A stretch of DNA of 64,000 nucleotides, from the NCBI GenBank assembly GCA_973895155.1, contig OZ316893.1, positions 14,414,645 to 14,478,644 on the forward strand, read 5' to 3'. The position numbers and the translations under genes are program-made. Each line of letters opens with the position of its first letter. Positions within the stretch are counted from its first letter, which is position 1. The notes below the pieces were generated by a model, which saw only the letters and a program-made list of their open reading frames with translations, did not search any database and was not told the DNA's origin. This DNA is from Marsupella aquatica. Lineage: Eukaryota; Plantae; Marchantiophyta. Shown here piece after piece: positions 1-13,613 of this stretch.

Positions 1-1889
1 TGCAAAATTCGCACTATCCAGTGGAGAGCCCCGATAAACTAAGAGAATAAGACGCTCGATCAAAAGCCAGAAAGTCAGATTGGGGCAAGGATGGTAGAAC
101 CCAATCCGTCTTTGCAGACTGTGTCCTGCTAGCTTGTGGAGCCCAGGACTGCTGGCCTCAGGTGGAAAAATGCTGGACCTTGATGTCGGGGTGTGTAAAA
201 AGTTGGGCATGATTGTGGATAAAAACTGCATCTGCTGCCAGCTGCCAGCTTGGTCCAATAGCTATTTTTCTGCAATGTATTTTTTTCCTCATCTCTATTT
301 AAGTTTTAAAAAAATGGGCAGTAAGGCTACTACCTATTAAGAAGTAATGGTGTGTTATGTATCATAGCACTGTTATATCAATCACCAAGAATAGTTTGCC
401 CAACAACTCTCAAAAACAAAATTGTATTTGATTATGTATTTATTGAAAACTAAGAGGAGATCCTTATACCAAACCTTTGCTAAAATAGGATTTCCCAAAT
501 ATGAGATTTATGGAAGGATCATAAATTTTATTAATTTACTGTTTATTTAAAATTTTCACCAAAAAATTAAAAGGTTCTGTTTGGGTGCCACAAGAAATTT
601 GAGACCCTGTTTCAATTGATTCTTTGTAGGGCTGCTAGTTTAAGAGCCTCTGCTCATACTCCTCATTGTGACAGTATTTTTTGCTTTTTTAAAGCAACAG
701 TATGCAATTGAACACCAAATGGCCACCAACGCAAAGACCAGAGGGGCATAGAGAAAAAATACCCAAAGGACAACATACACATCAACCAAGAGCCACAGCC
801 CCCAAACCCGAGTGCCCCAAGACACCCAAAACCAGTCTAAGGCTGGAAGCGGATGAAGGTGCCCAAACACCATCATGAAATGAATCCAAAGCCCAAACAG
901 TAGAAGGTGGTCAATGGTCTCATCCACCCTGATCAGGGGATACAAGTCCAGAACATCGACACAACCCTCCTATGTGGGTTACTCGAGAGCTATACCAAGA
1001 TTTTCAGTTGTGCTCCTAGTAGGATTTTAGTCCTTTTGACATTGGCAGGGACTCGAGATTCTTTGGCCCTTTCTAAACGTTTCCCTACTTTTCTTCCCTT
1101 CACTGGGTCAAGCTTTTGAAACTCGAGATGGGAAATACTATGCAAACTTACGAATCTGATAATTAATTATGACAAGAGAAATGAAAATCAATTGCTCAAA
1201 ATAGTAACGCCATTGCCCAATGGGCAATGGGGGAAAACTGAAAACGTGAATTAAAGTAACCACCCCATTAACTTCAAAGATTTGCAGCACGATCACACAA
1301 TTAATTCTTGAACCCTAATCTTGCAGAGTAAAAAGTTTTCTACACTAAACACTCTTAATGACATTTTAGGATCCCAAATGAGTGTTAGCTGGGCAGCCGA
1401 GTGAAAGTTCAGGTAGATGGGCAGAAACGGAGGGGTTTCCAAAATCCAGTATCCTGTAATGGCTTACTGTTGGAATGGATATGTCAGACATTAATCTCGT
1501 CTTAAAGTCAGGCTTTAATCTTGAAATTAATTGATTTTACACTCTGCCCAAGAAACAATTTCGTGTTCGCCAGATTTCCGCGTTCCTAAAAGCTTTAAAC
1601 TGTATCACCCTTTAGCCCCATGTTAACTTTCCAGTTTACTTACTACTGGTTTACCCGTCCTATAACCATTTCTCAAGTTCAATTATTTTGGTGTTTTGTT
1701 TTGGGAAGGGTGAAGGAAAACAAAGCAAATTATTCATTAATGTATGATATATTATGTCACTCTATACCTTGATATACCCAATTGTTCTCTTTGAATCACT
1801 GAGTATTATTCAGTGTATCTTATAATATTGTCACATGTTGATATACAATTACTAGAGCACCCTATCCTAAATCATTGTTATTTTTTTAA

Positions 1890-2140
1890 TGCTAGGCATT
1901 TATTTCTATGTCTAAGGTTACAATTAGAATCATAGTTAAGGTTAATCTTAGTTATAGACTTGATTAGATTACTCATGTTAATACACTATATCCAAAAAAT
2001 ATATTTCCTTGGACAATACAAACACAGGCTCATTGTTATGGGACCAATGATAAATAGAGCAAATTCCTATTATGGAGAATAAATATAGTTGACAGGTCTA
2101 GAATACAATAAAACTCTTGTCTATTCATGTGAAGATGCCC
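1890..2140 (+). mobile_element. Old, degenerate LTR fragment of the same Copia family as 27383-33344
   Basis: Colinear blocks shared with the reverse complement of the 403-bp LTR and with the solo LTR: acactatatc, ggctcattgttatgg, ctaga..caataaaactcttgt. Strongly AT-shifted. Confidence 0.6.
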
Positions 2141-5100
2141 ATTCTTGTGTGGGAGCTTGGAACAGCCCCAAAATCCAAAGTGCCATCCTAGTCAAGAAAA
2201 ACTTTATGCCTACTACAAATTTGGGCCCGAGTAATAAAGTATTTAACATTGCTATTGAAAACTGAAAATAATTTATACTGCAAATCTTAAGATTCTTGTA
2301 TAGTTTTTGAAGTAGAAAAACTAAACCCGGAGAACAACATTTTGGGCTTGGAGAATAAGATAAGGACAGTAATATTTCATGGAATCTACAACTATAATAA
2401 GGGATGTCTTTTTTTGTCCTTCGTTCCATACAAAAAAGTTTATGGGCGGGAAATATCCACAACCGTTGGATTTGATTAGTTATTTTTGCGACCATTGATG
2501 AGAGAAATGTACACCCCTATCACATATTTGCTTCCCGCTGCCCCTAATGCCCCGGCCAATTCCTATGGGCCAGCCCTCCTTTGCACTGACATAGGGCTCG
2601 TAAAGAATAATTAGTAATATTTGGCATGAGATTTACGATATAGACCATAAAGCATATTGTTTCATGGGTTAAGGAATAGTTTGGTTAGGTCCTGCGCGCA
2701 CAGGATGGCACTAGGGTACAGGTACAGGTACAGGTCAGGTCAGCTAAGAAACTGCGGTACTGCCCCCTCTGGAAGCAAAGAGCATCCGGTAACAAAGAGT
2801 AACGCTCAGTTTCACAGTTTTACCGGATGCCCAGGAGTGGACGCCTCGTGGGCGACTCTAATCGTGTGTAATCAAATTAGCTAATTATTCTGTGGCTCCT
2901 GCCCCGCTACCCGTTAGTATGCTCATCAATGGGACCGCTCATAGGTGCAGCCTGCCCGCGGTCCCGCCTCCGTCTTTTCAGGAATCTCTGTCAACTTTTC
3001 GGCAGCGCCAGAATTGGCGGAGGCGAATCGGATGGAGGGCGTGGAGGGAGGGCTTGGGAAAAGTTTTGCGTACCCTCGATAGGGCTAGATGGACCGATGG
3101 GCAGCCAAACTACACTTAAGTTAGCAGCGACCCCATATTTAGAGCTGCCCTCAGTTTCCTTTTTCCGCTGTACAGTGCCCCCCAGAGGCTGCCCCGCTGC
3201 CCCGCTGTTCCTCAAAATCTGAATCGCATCTGATTCGCGAGATGCCATGACCATAAAGGTGATGCCCTGATTGTGATTTTCGTCGCTAATTTGATGATCC
3301 GGGCCAGGTCTTTCGGGTACCCCGGGCAGCGATTAACCTGTCAGTCAGCTAAAGCAAATTATTAAAGGCATCAAGACATGCGCAGAAAATGGTTACAGGA
3401 CATTATTGAAACCAATCCTTACGGAATCGGACACCGGGTTAGTCAGAAAAGGATGTGTGCTGCCATCGGGGCAGACCGTCGATTCATTTACATGTCTTAC
3501 ACATGTAATAGGACTGGCAATGGGTAAGGGCACCGTGATTGATAGGAGACATTTACTTGATAGGCTTATAAAATGAAAAGTGTTATTTGATGGACCTCTT
3601 CAGTGTTCTAGACCATTGATAAACTTAAATTAATGCCTCCAAAACCTCCCAGGATTGGTTGGAGGGAAAACATATATTGGTTTGGTGGTCCATCAAGTAA
3701 ATGTCTTTTAGTTTAGAGCACAGACCCAAAATACTCGTGCAGAAGGGCTCCTCTAATCGATCACCACCTCCCAAGCATGAAAGTATCAAAAACTTATGAT
3801 ACCAGATATTCATGGCCTATGATTTCATTCTGTGAGCAGTAGACTTAGATTGCAAACTGCATGGCATTCCAGTCAAGTTCACGAAGGGTATACAAGCTTC
3901 TTGACAATTGATTGCGAGTTTTGGGCTGCCAACAGGATCCCACATGGGGAAAAGGGTCTGGGGGAACCACCCCAATTATCTTATTACGACTGCAAGGCTT
4001 TTGTGGTTTTGGGGTCCCAAAATTACTCTAGTTCCCTGCCGTGCAAAACTTGATCTACCACAAATGACAAACCACTTGTTGTGAGGGTCATAAACATTCC
4101 TTTGCCCGTGCATTTGACAGTGTGCAAAAATGCTCAAGGCTAGAGTGCGCACAACTGCACAGACCCACAAATTTGCCTGACCTAAACCCGCAGTTTGCTC
4201 AAAAAAAGATTCATTGGAAGAGCCCAATTTCAAAAGGAGAGATTGGTGATCCCACCATTATTTGTCCAATCCCTTAACCACACCTGCCCCTATAAAGGCC
4301 CCATTCCCTGTCTCACTACTCACCCTAAAAGATGGAGAGTGCTTTGTGGAACACTTGCCAATAAAAAATGTTTTATTCATCATCTTTTGTGTAGCTTAAA
4401 ATACATTAGTGACCTGTACATTGTACAATGAGAGTTATAGATAACTCGCATTTGTTTATAGATGCACTTGTGGTCAATCAATTCATGCAAATCATCAATC
4501 TTTACACTGATGACTTGACTCGTTTACATCCATTTACACATCGCGTTTTTGCCCGAAAATGAACGTCCCGGGCAGCAATCATAGAGGGCAGGGATGGCTC
4601 GGTCAGCAATTCCGTGCCTCATCCAGCAAGTGGATCCAAGAAAATCAGTGATGATTTATTTATCACAGCTTCCAGCTAATAAGATAGGTTCCCCATGCAG
4701 TATGTGAGTTGGTCTGACTTCGTGTGATTTGGGTGGTTTTTACTTGTCAGGGGAGGAAAACCATTATCATGAGCTTCTCACGCTGGTTACAGTAGACTAT
4801 CCGGGAGCTGCTGCCCCTGCCCCTGCTTTGGCCACAATAGTAGCGGCCGGTCGTACAAGTGGGCAGAAATGATTGGCTCACCGGGCAAACGCAGGAGCGG
4901 CAAAAACGGGGCAGTTTCGTTTGGCGGCAAAGCAGGACGAAAAAAAGATGCTGTCGCTATCCGCGACCAGGACCGGGGCTAGCTAAAAGATAATTATCTA
5001 GGAACAACCGTAGAAGCGTGAGGGGTTCGCGGACGAACAAAACTCTGTTGCAGCCCGAGTGTGGCTGCACGACCTTGCACAGCACTTGGCCTACTAAGGT

Positions 5101-5166
5101 AAGGAAAGTACCCACTGTTCGTTTAGGGCAGGTCGGGCAGGAAAAAGGGAGGGCAACGCCGGGTAA

Positions 5167-5207
5167 GGAGGGGAGGGGAGGGGAGGGGAGGGGAGGGGAG
5201 GGGAGGG
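5167..5207 (+). repeat. (GGGGA)n microsatellite with G-quadruplex potential
   Basis: About 8 perfect GGAGG/GGGGA units visible directly. Confidence 0.9.
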
Positions 5208-6326
5208 CAGGATTTTTGTTTGTCAGGTCTGGGCAGGAAAGGGAGGGAAGGAAACGGGAGGGAAATAGGGAAGCGAAGGGGCAGAGAGCAAGATTTTTTG
5301 TTTGGTACTTGCGTCTAAATTTGCATTAGCTTACTTGACTGTAGACTACGCTTGTCAGGTAATCATTCTCCTTTGCGATTTGGAGTCGATTTGATTGGGT
5401 TCCCAAATTTGGAGAAGATAGTTTGGGGGGAAGGTTTGGTGGAAAAGGCACTGTGTAGGTACAGGGTCGGATTAAACTACTGTAGTTCCGCAAGTTGAGG
5501 GAATTGTTTCGCTTTTCTCAATCCTGGCCGTCGATAACACCTAATCGAGGATATTCAGAGCTCCCAATCTACTAAATTTGAGGACTGGCTCAGCTGAAAT
5601 CCCTCGAAATTGTATGTACAACAGTAGTAATCGCATGGCTTATCAATCAATTTTAAGTGATCTGGACTTCTGGAGTGCAAAAAATTGACCTCTCAAAAAA
5701 GGTGGGCTGACAAAATAAGCAGGCAGGGGAAATGTGGAGGAAACTTCAGCAGATAGGTGTGAAATCTGTTGAAATAATTGTGTCATCTGTTAAAATAGGC
5801 TGCATACACTTATTTTGGTTTTGTATCACCTAATTACAGGAAAAGTAGAATGAGGAAACTTTTTGGTGGGGAAGAAGTGAAGTGAAAGTGTGAATACAAG
5901 TGAAAGCTAAGCACACACTCTCACTTTCCACCAGCACTTTTTTTTTGCTGCTAGAGTGCTTCAACTTTATTCATTCTCCCTCTTGTCACATTAGAGAAGT
6001 TATCCTCTCATGTTTAAGTAGGATTCCCGTGCCTTCCCTAAACCATCAACTGTACCTCCCTTCTACTATACATCCCAATTGTAAAACCTTGTCAACATTG
6101 ATTCTACATTAAAATGGAAAGACCAAAGAGCCCTAGAGTCCCCTACAGTGGCACAAGAACTGAAGCAGGAAAACTGATGCATTGCAATTAGCAATGGTTC
6201 GCAAAGTGTGACTCTATGCAAAGTGTGATGAGAATGATATGCCCACCTAATGTAGGTGTAATTCTTGTGCATCTCCCAAGCTATCTACTTTACATCCCTC
6301 AGATCACTTATCCTTATAATTGTAGA

Positions 6327-6856
6327 CCCCTGTCAGCTATCTCACTAACTGCAACATCAACTATACATTAAAATGCTAAGGCAATTAGCCAGGGTTGCAC
6401 TTATGCAGTGTGCGCTTACAAAGAGCCTACTTTTTGCAAAGTGTAGAAAGATCTGCCAGTGGGATTATTTATGTCAACTCTCGCATAACTGCAACATTGA
6501 GTCTACATTAAAATGCTATGGCAATTAGCCATTCACTTCTGGAGTGTGCACTCACAAGTAGCCTACTTTTTGCAAAGTGTGATAAAATTATTTGCCCATG
6601 GGATTGCCCCTGTCAACTATCTCATAACTGCAACATCCACCTACATTAAAATGCTCTGGCAATTCACCAAGGCTTCACTTATGGAGTGTGATAAAATGAT
6701 CTTGCCAGTGGGAATACCCCCTGTCAACTATCTCATAGCTGCAACGTTGACTACATTAAAATGCTATGGCATTTAGCCAGGGTTCCACTTATGGAGGTGT
6801 GCACTTACGAAGGGCCTACTTATGTGAAGTGTGATAAAATGATATGCCCGTGGGAT
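6327..6856. repeat. Degenerate ~140-bp tandem repeat, about 4 copies
   Basis: Recurring block tgtcaactatctcataactgcaac...tacattaaaatgct.tggcaatt.gcc...cacttatggagtgtg. The tacattaaaatg anchor is at ~6364, 6504, 6642 and 6752, with a relic at ~6105. Confidence 0.85.
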
Positions 6857-6926
6857 CATCCAACATATATACAGTAGGTGTCCCGTGGCATGGTAGTAGG
6901 GGACTGTCTGTGATGATGGTACAGTA

Positions 6927-6943
6927 GTGTGTGTGTGTGTGTG
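6927..6943. repeat. (GT)8 microsatellite
   Basis: Directly visible. Confidence 0.9.
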
Positions 6944-6997
6944 GGTGATAAGGCATGGTGTGGCGTGGGGAGCAACACGGCAACCGAGACCGTAGTT

Positions 6998-7121
6998 ATT
7001 TACCTGTCCCTTGTGGGCTGAGATCTGCCCGAGAAAAATGAGACAGATAGGATTTTGTTTAATTTACCTGTCCCTTGTGGGCTGAGATCTGCCCGAGGAA
7101 AATGAGACAGATAGGATTTTG
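6998..7121. repeat. 64-bp-period direct duplication
   Basis: atttacctgtcccttgtgggctgagatctgcccgag(a/g)aaaatgagacagataggattttg occurs at 6998 and 7062 with one mismatch. Confidence 0.95.
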
Positions 7122-7439
7122 GTATGCTCACAGATGTGAACCGGTCCCAAAGAGCTTTGGCGTGCACAAACTGGACCGTTCCTGTCTCGTGTTCCGTTAT
7201 TTCTGCCTGGAGTACTGTTACTTGCAGCGCGCGTTTATTACTCGAGCGTCTGTGCAGTAAGGGGAAGGGGCAGTTGATTGAATTCAATGTGATTAGACGA
7301 GGGAAAGGCTTTTAGCGCCGCTTCCTGCCCCTGCCCTCTGCCTGCATGCATGCATGTACTGTAGTACACAAACGCTGAGGAGGAGAGTGGCCTTGAATGT
7401 AACCTGAAACCCATATTATATTGGCAAACAGCAATTTGA

Positions 7440-7477
7440 TATGGGGTTTTCATATGGGGTTTTCATATGGGGTTTCC
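7440..7477. repeat. 13-bp tandem repeat x3
   Basis: atatggggttttc repeated three times, the last copy imperfect. Confidence 0.9.
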
Positions 7478-10400
7478 TGTAATATTCCATTCCATCCATT
7501 CCATTGTTTGGAATGTAAACTAAAACCCACATTATGTTTTATATGCGATATTATGATTTGATGGTGGTTTTATATCGTTCGAGATTAGATAAGTAACATA
7601 CAATATTGCTACTTGATTGTGGGTTTTAGCGTTTTAGAAAAGCTGTTTCTCAGATGGATCGTAATTTTGTGATCATGTAACTCGTGTATGTATTTAGTTA
7701 GTGTCGAGACCCAAAGTGTGATCATTTAGACAAGAAACAGTTACTATGTGAGTTCACAATAATTTCTGAAAATGGCTCATCCAAGTTGCAATGATCCACC
7801 ACACTTTTCTGTTAAACTTTGTGATCCATTTCTTTTTGCATTTTCACATATAAAACTTTGGACATGATGTGCAAAAAGAAAAGGAACATTTTACTGTCAA
7901 TTTCACAACAGTATAAATAGTAAAAAATTTCTGGAGCCCTTATGCTTGACCCTGGTTGGGCAGGATCAATTTTCAGGTGTTCTTCCCCTCTTGTCTTCCA
8001 AAAAATCAGGGAAATATAGTGTTCCTTTTCTGAACGAAATTCTACTTTCAATTGAGCATACAATCGTTTCCAATGCCATGAGCTTAAAACCAAAAATAAA
8101 CTCGAGTAGGTTGGCATAATGAGTGCTCTGGTATATTTTCGAAAATTAACCCACCCGGTCAGTACATTTCAACTACTAGAAATCGTCCCCAACGAATTCT
8201 TTTAAGCTGATCGATTTTCGTACACCTGTTCTTATTTACTATGTAATAAAAAGTTATCACAAGAGTTTTGGAATGTTATGGTTAGGGAAGTTAAGCAAAC
8301 GGTTTATTTTCTACTATCAATGATGAACATATATTTCCCATGTCTTCATTACCAATTATTTATGCATGATTGCCCGTCGTGCTTAATTTCATGTAACTAC
8401 TACCTCAAGTGACCTTCAGTGTGGCCCAGCTCATGAGGGAGCTCATGCTGAGGGACAGGCAACCAATGATAGACTTGCACGCCATCATCGAGATCCAAAC
8501 CTGCAAAGGTCGTCATGCTCTTGTTCATACAATCGAATACCATAGTGCCATCCTGTAAAATAATTACTAAAATTTTGATCCAGATTTCTAATGGTTGTCA
8601 TGCTATTCTTTTGAAAACCAAATACTAATGTCAATTGAGTCCGTGCACAGAAGGAATAATTATGGATCAAGACCTTCAATTGCTATTGTTTTGAAAATCA
8701 ATACAGTGGTAACCATCCGGGTTCAGTCCCTAAATTATTTTGGAATTGAAACATAATTATCATGTGTCTCATTATTTTCTTATGAAAAACAATTTATGTT
8801 CTGTGCAAACTGGGATAGTACTATGGTATGAGTTGAAAAAATTGCATGTTCTATTGGCCTACTTGGGTCCAGGCCTGGTTATCTCTGGTAGGATGCTAGA
8901 TATTGTCCCACCTGATAGTATGCTGGGTTTCTTTTCTCTGAATGAAATTGTCCATTCAGGATACACATTTGCAAAGGTCATGACGGGTTTTGTGGAATTT
9001 TTGCAAATATTTAAAAAATGCCATCCATAAATTTCTATATGAGATGTATGTCTAAAAAAATCACAAAGAGGAAATCGAGCATGAAACTCCTTTGAGGAGA
9101 GATTTGTTTTTCATTTTCCCCCAAAACAACCAAAAGCATATGCATGGGGTGTAAGGTGTCACCAAGGCCAAGGGGTTGAACAGACTAGTTGCATTTACCC
9201 CCAAGTGACTTGAGCACAGGGGGAAGCACATAACCAGAGTTGGAGTGCATTCGAGTAGAAACTGAGAGTGAGGGGGGTGCGAGGTTCCTGCTCATGCTTT
9301 CATTTTAAGCTTCACCCGATGGGTCAGATAGTGCTTAATAAGGCATCTCAATTCATGTTACTGGTGATAGCTTTTGGCCATAAAGAAATGTCCCTAGCTT
9401 TTCTCACAGGGTTGTGTGAAGGGTTGTTAAAGTTTTTTCAGTAGCCTCTACAATGATTTATGGTTGGCATATTGTGATTCTTCACAGATAATAATAATTG
9501 AGTACTGTGAATTTGTAGTCCATATATTTTTTGTCTGCAACCCCATCTGTAACCTTAACCCAAGTAATCCAGGTAGGTCAAGTTTTGAGGTTGAGATCCC
9601 TTATGATTTATTGACTTCCATGCTTGTTTTGAATTTAGCCAAAACATGGCACATGGCCCTTTTCAGCAGACTCCATTTTTAGGGGCATTTAGCCTCATGT
9701 AAAGCTTTCAGGTTGTCACGTCTGCCATTTAATGTACTCGTGATTTCCCATGAAACTGCCTGCATATGTTTCCAGCCCACCATTGTCTGGAGGTTTAATA
9801 TGGCATTGCACTCCAATTTGTTAGAATTAGTTATTATTTGTGCCAATCAGATTACCACTATGACACCAATTGCGAGAGCTTGGTTCTTGCTAGTGCTTTC
9901 ATTTTAAAGAAGCGTCACCTAATCCCTCAAACTCCCCACTTAATGCATCTTCAAACTTGGCAGTGCCGAAATCTTTCTTTTTTAGAACACGCACTGCCCG
10001 TGCCCGGATTTGCCACCCAACAAAATTGCCGGGAAGCGGAGTAGAGTGAAAGCGGGAAGGGATTTAATTTAAAGCTGATCTTATGACAAAAATACTTTTA
10101 ATATCTGACCGGGCAGGGCAGCCCTGAATGGGCGGTGTCTGGAGCAAATAATAGTAAGACAGTGGATAGGAATTGATGGTGAATTGGTCATGACTAAGAC
10201 GAATTCAAAATGACTTAAGTGACTGTTCTGATGTAGGTACATTAAGTACATAAGGACATACCTGACGAGAGAGGGTTAATGGGTCATTCAGCTTTTGGGC
10301 ATATTATGTTGTCCTTCAATGACAAGGCATCATGAAGGGTCCGTCAACGACAAAGGAGAGTCTTCTCATGACACAGTAGTGGAGTGATAAGACAGGAGTA

Positions 10401-13400
10401 ATGTCAAAATCACACCCCTTAGAAAAGAAAAATGTGGACAAAAATCACATCTCAAGGTCCAAAACAATGAAAGGAGAGAAACCGTCTCTTGACCATTGGA
10501 TGTGATGTGATCCAATGCTTATCAATGCAAAAGACGCCCCCTAAGAAACCAAGGGTACTGATGAACTTGCCAATATCGGTTTTAAATATGGCTATCTAAA
10601 ACCGTCGTGTCAGGCTGATAACCTATTAAGTGTATGGAAAGTTGTCATAATAATAGTGTGAAGAGAATTTCTTTTAAGTACAGATTAGAAATTAACTACA
10701 GTATGTATCCACTGCTGGTGTCTCAGCCAAAATGAGGTGCCTGGTAAAGAACCTTAATCTAAATTTAGTTCCTTGCTTACTTAGGCAGGCACTTCAGGTA
10801 ATCAGTGGTCAAATTCTTGGACTTCATGCTTTATTAACAAGCAAAGCATTCTAAACAAAATACCTCCATAAGAGAACTTTTCCTCCTAGGGGCCCCACAT
10901 CACATCCTCACCTAAGGTTTGGGTCCTGCTAGCTTTGCACATTGGCCATTTCATCTTACATTCAAGAGGGGTTCCAGTCCCCTCCCCCTCAAAAGATAGC
11001 AACAATAACAACCTTCTTCAACCTCAAATATGGCCGTATGAATTGCCCCCCCCCCTCCCTTCACCACACTAGTGCCTTTCCCTCCCCTTATGCATGCTAT
11101 GATCTTTCCCAGACATTCACCCCGGCCGTGGTTTCGAAAGTGGTAGCTCTTACCGCTAGGTGGCTGCCTTTGTTGGGGCGGAAAGAGGTGATAGAGGCTA
11201 TCAACCAGGGGGGCTTATCTTGGGTTATTATTTCAACCAATAATAAAGAAGAATGACTGATGATTCTTCTAGAATGTTTATAACTTCAAGTCATACACTT
11301 CAAAACATAAGAAAATAACTCTTCATGCAAGAAACAAATATTTCATCATAGGTTTCATTGGAATGATGCATTCATATTTCTCGTTTGCTATGACCATCCA
11401 CATCTCAATTCACTATACCTTTGGGGTTCCCGTACCCTGGGTCACCTTTTGACTGGTTATTTCTAAGTAGAGTTTTCGTTTTGAGGGGTTGAAAAAATCA
11501 TACTGGTGACTCACAAGGAGAAGGCACAGGGAATAATTAACTCACCACTGCTGGTCATGATTCATTTTATGAAGGATCCCTACAGCAGTTAGGGGCCTTT
11601 TACAAAAAAACGTTTTTGGTCATGGTACATTAAACCGAGGAACATTTAGTGTAAAAGATGAGTTCATTTAATTTCTACTTTTTCCTGTAAAGGGACATAA
11701 TTGTGCTCTTCAAGGAGGGCGTTCTGTTTTAACCCAGGACTGTACCTCTCCACAATTGAGAGGGTATCTGTACTCATAAGTATTTAATTATTAACCAGCG
11801 CTCCTGCCATTTCCATGGATTTTCATGGTACCAGTGTTACAATTATAGGCATGTGCGAGATTCATGAGCGTTTATTTGTAAGTGCCACTGGAAGGCTTTA
11901 CTCCTCCTTGTCATTTTCACCTGGATTTTACCTTACCAGCCTGACAATTTTGCTTCATTACACATCGCGTAACTTCAGTTTTTTGGTAGACCTAATATGG
12001 TGGGTGTTCTGGTACCTGTCATTGCAAAAAGTTGAATTAAATGTATGGATTTGGTTGGAAATTTTGAATTTCTTGACTAACCTTTCATACTTGATTTTTC
12101 CTATCCTGCTACTTCCTATAAAACAGGCGGTACCATACAAATGTCTGTGGTGCCTAGTTAGAAAAGTTCATAGATATTTGATTTTGGGGGTTTTGTTTGT
12201 TCTTTGTGGTGGTAGTCAGCCTTCGCCACAGGACTCCATTGAGTGAACTGTGCTCGTGGTCACCTTTCCATAAAACAATGAATTTTTTACAAAAACTTTG
12301 CAAAGGTTGCACAATGAGCTTCATGACCATTTTAAAGCAGCCCCCCCCCCCCCCCCTGAACCGCAATGTGGGAGCTAGTCTTTCGTTGCTCAAACTCCTG
12401 CAGCCAATATCACTCCATCTCCACTAAATTGCTGGTCCATAACGGTGAAGGCAAGCCAGGATGGGCCAAAGACACATGAGGATTGGACAAGGTTTCAAGT
12501 GAGGTGTTTGGCTGGGCAGGGCTAAGGCAGTGAACCCTCATCTGTTACTTTTGATGTTTCTGTTGCCATATATGCTATAGATTGAGTATCCCTGACATCA
12601 GCTCATTATACCTTATCACTTATGCTCAGTAGTCGGACCTAAGCTTGTAGCCCCCTGTGATTCTCAAATCCAAACATGATGCCCCTGGGTTACTCCTTAT
12701 TGAGTATGCTATATTAGTCCCATCAAGAAAACTAATTACACCAATAACTATGGCATCCTTTGTTACCATGGTTCAGCTGATATTCATTGTTGTGGACAGA
12801 CAAACAAACCAAAGGATGCTTCTAAGGACCTTCACCAGCTTGGAAGAACAGCATGTGTTGGAGAAGCCTTCAAACTCATCTCCTTCCCACACCATGACTG
12901 GGCAGGCTCCCAACCATGACCACATGGAAGAGGCAGCAAAGAGGCAACAAAGTGGGCAAGAAGTCCATTTCAAAAGAAGAGGATCCAGCGGGACCGAGGT
13001 TGCCTGCCGCCAGGGCCCCATTAAGTCTTTTGTTGGTTGATTTTCATCATAAACACAAGAGGAGAACACTGATATATCAATCACGACTCATCCAAATATT
13101 ATTTTCTTTCACTCCTATTTATTTGAAATTTTATTTTTCAGTTTTCTATTGTTTTATAGTTACAGGACCTAGCTATTTTTTTTTGCTTGCCTCAAACACA
13201 AATAGTCAGATTTGGTTCTTGCAAATTGTGGCAAATCAGGCTGATGTGGCTACACATGCATCCAGAAATCTAACAATAGTGTATATTAAATATGAGATTT
13301 TTGGAGTATTTTTGAGTATGAGTGTCATGTCATTAGTTCACCAGGGGCAATTTTGCGCTAAAAATATAGCTCTCACTACATTCCACTAGAAGCCCCACCT

Positions 13401-13436
13401 ATAGTTTTAATTTTTTAATGAAATGACAAAAAAAGG

Positions 13437-13613
13437 TTTTTAGTGTTAGAGGGTCAGAAGTTGGGAAGCTAGTGGGAAAACCTGCAAGATAGGTCTCCTG
13501 TTGACCTAGGCACTGGCCTGGGCATTTTTAGTGTAAGAGGGTCCTGCAATGGGAAGTTTGTGGGAAAGCCTGCAGGATAGGTCTACTGTTGACCTAGGCA
13601 CTGGCCTAGGCAA
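13437..13613. repeat. ~88-bp direct duplication
   Basis: tttagtgt.agagggtc...gggaag.t.gtgggaaa.cctgca.gataggtct.ctgttgacctaggcactggcct.ggca occurs twice. A second ~65-bp duplication (ggtggatccaggtc...) follows at 13683-13800. Confidence 0.85.

Larger units (their letters stand above)
1380..10126. mobile_element. Decayed DNA-transposon-like region with clustered GGGCAG/CTGCCC motifs
   Basis: GGGCAG/CTGCCC recurs in both orientations in GC-rich patches (e.g. ~1390, 2536-2580, 3100-3330, 4570-4915, 7270-7340, 9994-10126) separated by AT-rich, stop-riddled coding-like DNA. The end at 10109-10126 reads CAGGGCTGCCCTGCCCGG on the minus strand (hAT-like start). No matching left terminus or TSD found, so boundaries are uncertain. 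Confidence 0.3.

Noticed and set aside
80-165. Minus-strand tRNA-like segment ending GGGTTCTACCATCCTTGCCCCA
   Set aside because: B-box-like only; no convincing cloverleaf or A-box.
640-945. Hydrophobic 101-aa ORF as a membrane protein (similarly 50563-50934)
   Set aside because: An artefact of GT-rich low-complexity DNA, probably a retroelement 3' UTR or simple repeat.
11815-13040. ORF fragments as a MULE transposase
   Set aside because: Coding-like, but I could not identify any diagnostic DDE, SWIM or zinc-knuckle motif.
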